Assembly: GCA_963787195.1 (NCBI GenBank)
Contig: CAWBCI010000060.1
Location: 36,700 to 100,699, forward strand
Direction: 5' to 3'
Source of the DNA: an uncultured Bacteroidales bacterium
GTDB lineage: Bacteria > Bacteroidota > Bacteroidia > Bacteroidales > JAGOPY01
Length of the DNA stretch: 64,000 nt
The notes under the pieces were generated by a model. That model made no database searches. It had not been told where the DNA came from and worked only from the letters and a program-made list of their open reading frames with translations. Position 1 is the first letter of the stretch, and the number at the start of each line of letters is the position of its first letter. The position numbers were made by a program, and so were the translations under genes. Positions 62,648 through 64,000 of this stretch are shown piece by piece.

Positions 62648-63523
62648 ATGATTAAATCCATGACCGGATTTGGCAAGAGCCAGATCGACTTCAAAGAAAA
62701 GACCATTACCATAGAGATCAAATCCCTCAACAGTAAACAACTTGACCTGGGAACCCGGATAGCCGGAACTTACCGCGAAAAAGAGCTGGACATCAGGAAT
62801 ATTCTTAGCCAGCGCCTGGAAAGGGGTAAGATAGATTTCTTTTTGACGATGGAATATAAAGAAGGTGAAACCGCCTATACCCTAAATAAGAGCCTGGCAT
62901 TAAAATATTATGAGCAACTGAAGGACCTGGCAGGTTCCATGTCGGATGATGAAAATCACAATTATTTATCCATAGTGGTTCGTCTGCCGGAAGTACTCAA
63001 AGCAGAAAAGGAAGAACTCAACGAAGAGGAATGGGAAGAAATTCTGAAAGGCCTTGAGGTTGCCCTGGCAAGGATTGAAGATTTCAGGCAGAAAGAAGGA
63101 ATGGCCCTCTTTTCCGATATGAAAATGAGGATAATGACTATAGTAAAATTACTCGAAGAAGTACCCCCTTTCGAAGAAAGCCGTATTCTTACCCTGCGTG
63201 AAAGGATCATGAATCAGGTGAATGAAGTATTTACCGGCGACAGTGTTGACCGGAACCGTTTTGAACAGGAAATGATTTATTATCTTGAAAAGTTGGATAT
63301 CACCGAAGAAAAAGTAAGACTGCGGAAGCATTGTGAATACTTTCTTGAAACCATGGAGAAGGAATCCTCCGCCGGGAAAAAACTTGGATTCATAAGCCAG
63401 GAGATAGGACGTGAGATCAATACCCTGGGTGCCAAAGCCAATGAAGTAAACATTCAGAAAATCGTCATACAAATGAAGGACGAACTGGAGAAAATCAAGG
63501 AACAACTTTCGAATATATTATAG
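62648..63523 (+). CDS. yicC: YicC/YloC family endoribonuclease
   Basis: SMTGFG, LERGK, LDITEE..RL, QEIGREINTLG.K. Confidence 0.95.
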   Translation: MIKSMTGFGKSQIDFKEKTITIEIKSLNSKQLDLGTRIAGTYREKELDIRNILSQRLERGKIDFFLTMEYKEGETAYTLNKSLALKYYEQLKDLAGSMSDDENHNYLSIVVRLPEVLKAEKEELNEEEWEEILKGLEVALARIEDFRQKEGMALFSDMKMRIMTIVKLLEEVPPFEESRILTLRERIMNQVNEVFTGDSVDRNRFEQEMIYYLEKLDITEEKVRLRKHCEYFLETMEKESSAGKKLGFISQEIGREINTLGAKANEVNIQKIVIQMKDELEKIKEQLSNIL

Positions 63524-64000
63524 ATGGAAGGTAAGCTGGTGATAGTTTCTGCTCCCTCGGGCGCTGGCAAAACCACAATAGTGAAGCATCTCCTGGATTC
63601 CGGCCTGGAACTGGAGTTCTCCGTTTCAGCATGTAGCCGTCCCCCAAGGGAAAATGAAGTAAATGGGAAGGATTATTATTTTCTGACAGTAGACGAGTTC
63701 AGAGAAAAGATCTCGGCAGGTGAATTTCTGGAATGGCAGGAAGTATATGAAAATCAATATTACGGGACCCTCCGTTCCGAAGCCGAAAGGATTTGGAATA
63801 AAGGGCATCATATTATTTTTGATGTAGATGTAAAAGGGGGATTAAATCTGAAGAAATTATTTCCCAATTTATCCATAGCCCTTTTTATCATGCCCCCTAC
63901 TTTTGAAGTTTTGGAAGAACGCCTCCGGAAAAGATCTACTGAAGATGAAGCCAGCCTCCGGAAAAGACTGGGAAAAGTCAGGGCTGAATTGGAATTTGCA
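63524..64000 (+). CDS. gmk: Guanylate kinase (partial, runs off window end)
   Basis: Not in ORF track; hand translation gives MEGKLVIVSAPSGAGKTTIVKHLL..FSVSACSRPPRENEVNGKDYYF. Confidence 0.95.
   Translation, partial: MEGKLVIVSAPSGAGKTTIVKHLLDSGLELEFSVSACSRPPRENEVNGKDYYFLTVDEFREKISAGEFLEWQEVYENQYYGTLRSEAERIWNKGHHIIFDVDVKGGLNLKKLFPNLSIALFIMPPTFEVLEERLRKRSTEDEASLRKRLGKVRAELEFA

Overview
A core chromosomal segment of an anaerobic Bacteroidota bacterium, probably Bacteroidales-like. The assignment rests on TAnnTTTG promoter boxes, T9SS cargo proteins, gldFG and the overall gene set. About 50 CDS are supported, mostly housekeeping (dnaK, panB, obgE, hpt, purE, purC, phoH, cinA, rpmB, sod, rocD, cls, yicC, gmk). 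I saw no rRNA, tRNA, CRISPR array or intact transposase. The most notable part is 18.9-45.0 kb. It holds (i) two paralogous receiver + PPDK-type ATP-grasp proteins. They lack a PEP/pyruvate-binding domain but keep a putative swivel His, and one has a sensor-like N-terminus and sits divergent to gdhA. (ii) An StnABC/BfuABC-like trimer with an erythrin lies next to a canonical nfnAB pair. (iii) An unnamed 8-Cys/1-His domain occurs three times, once fused to NfnB. Intergenic regions hold several dispersed structured repeat families, including a ~170-nt element in 3 copies with an IS200/IS605-like end. All calls come from motifs read by eye; no searches were run.
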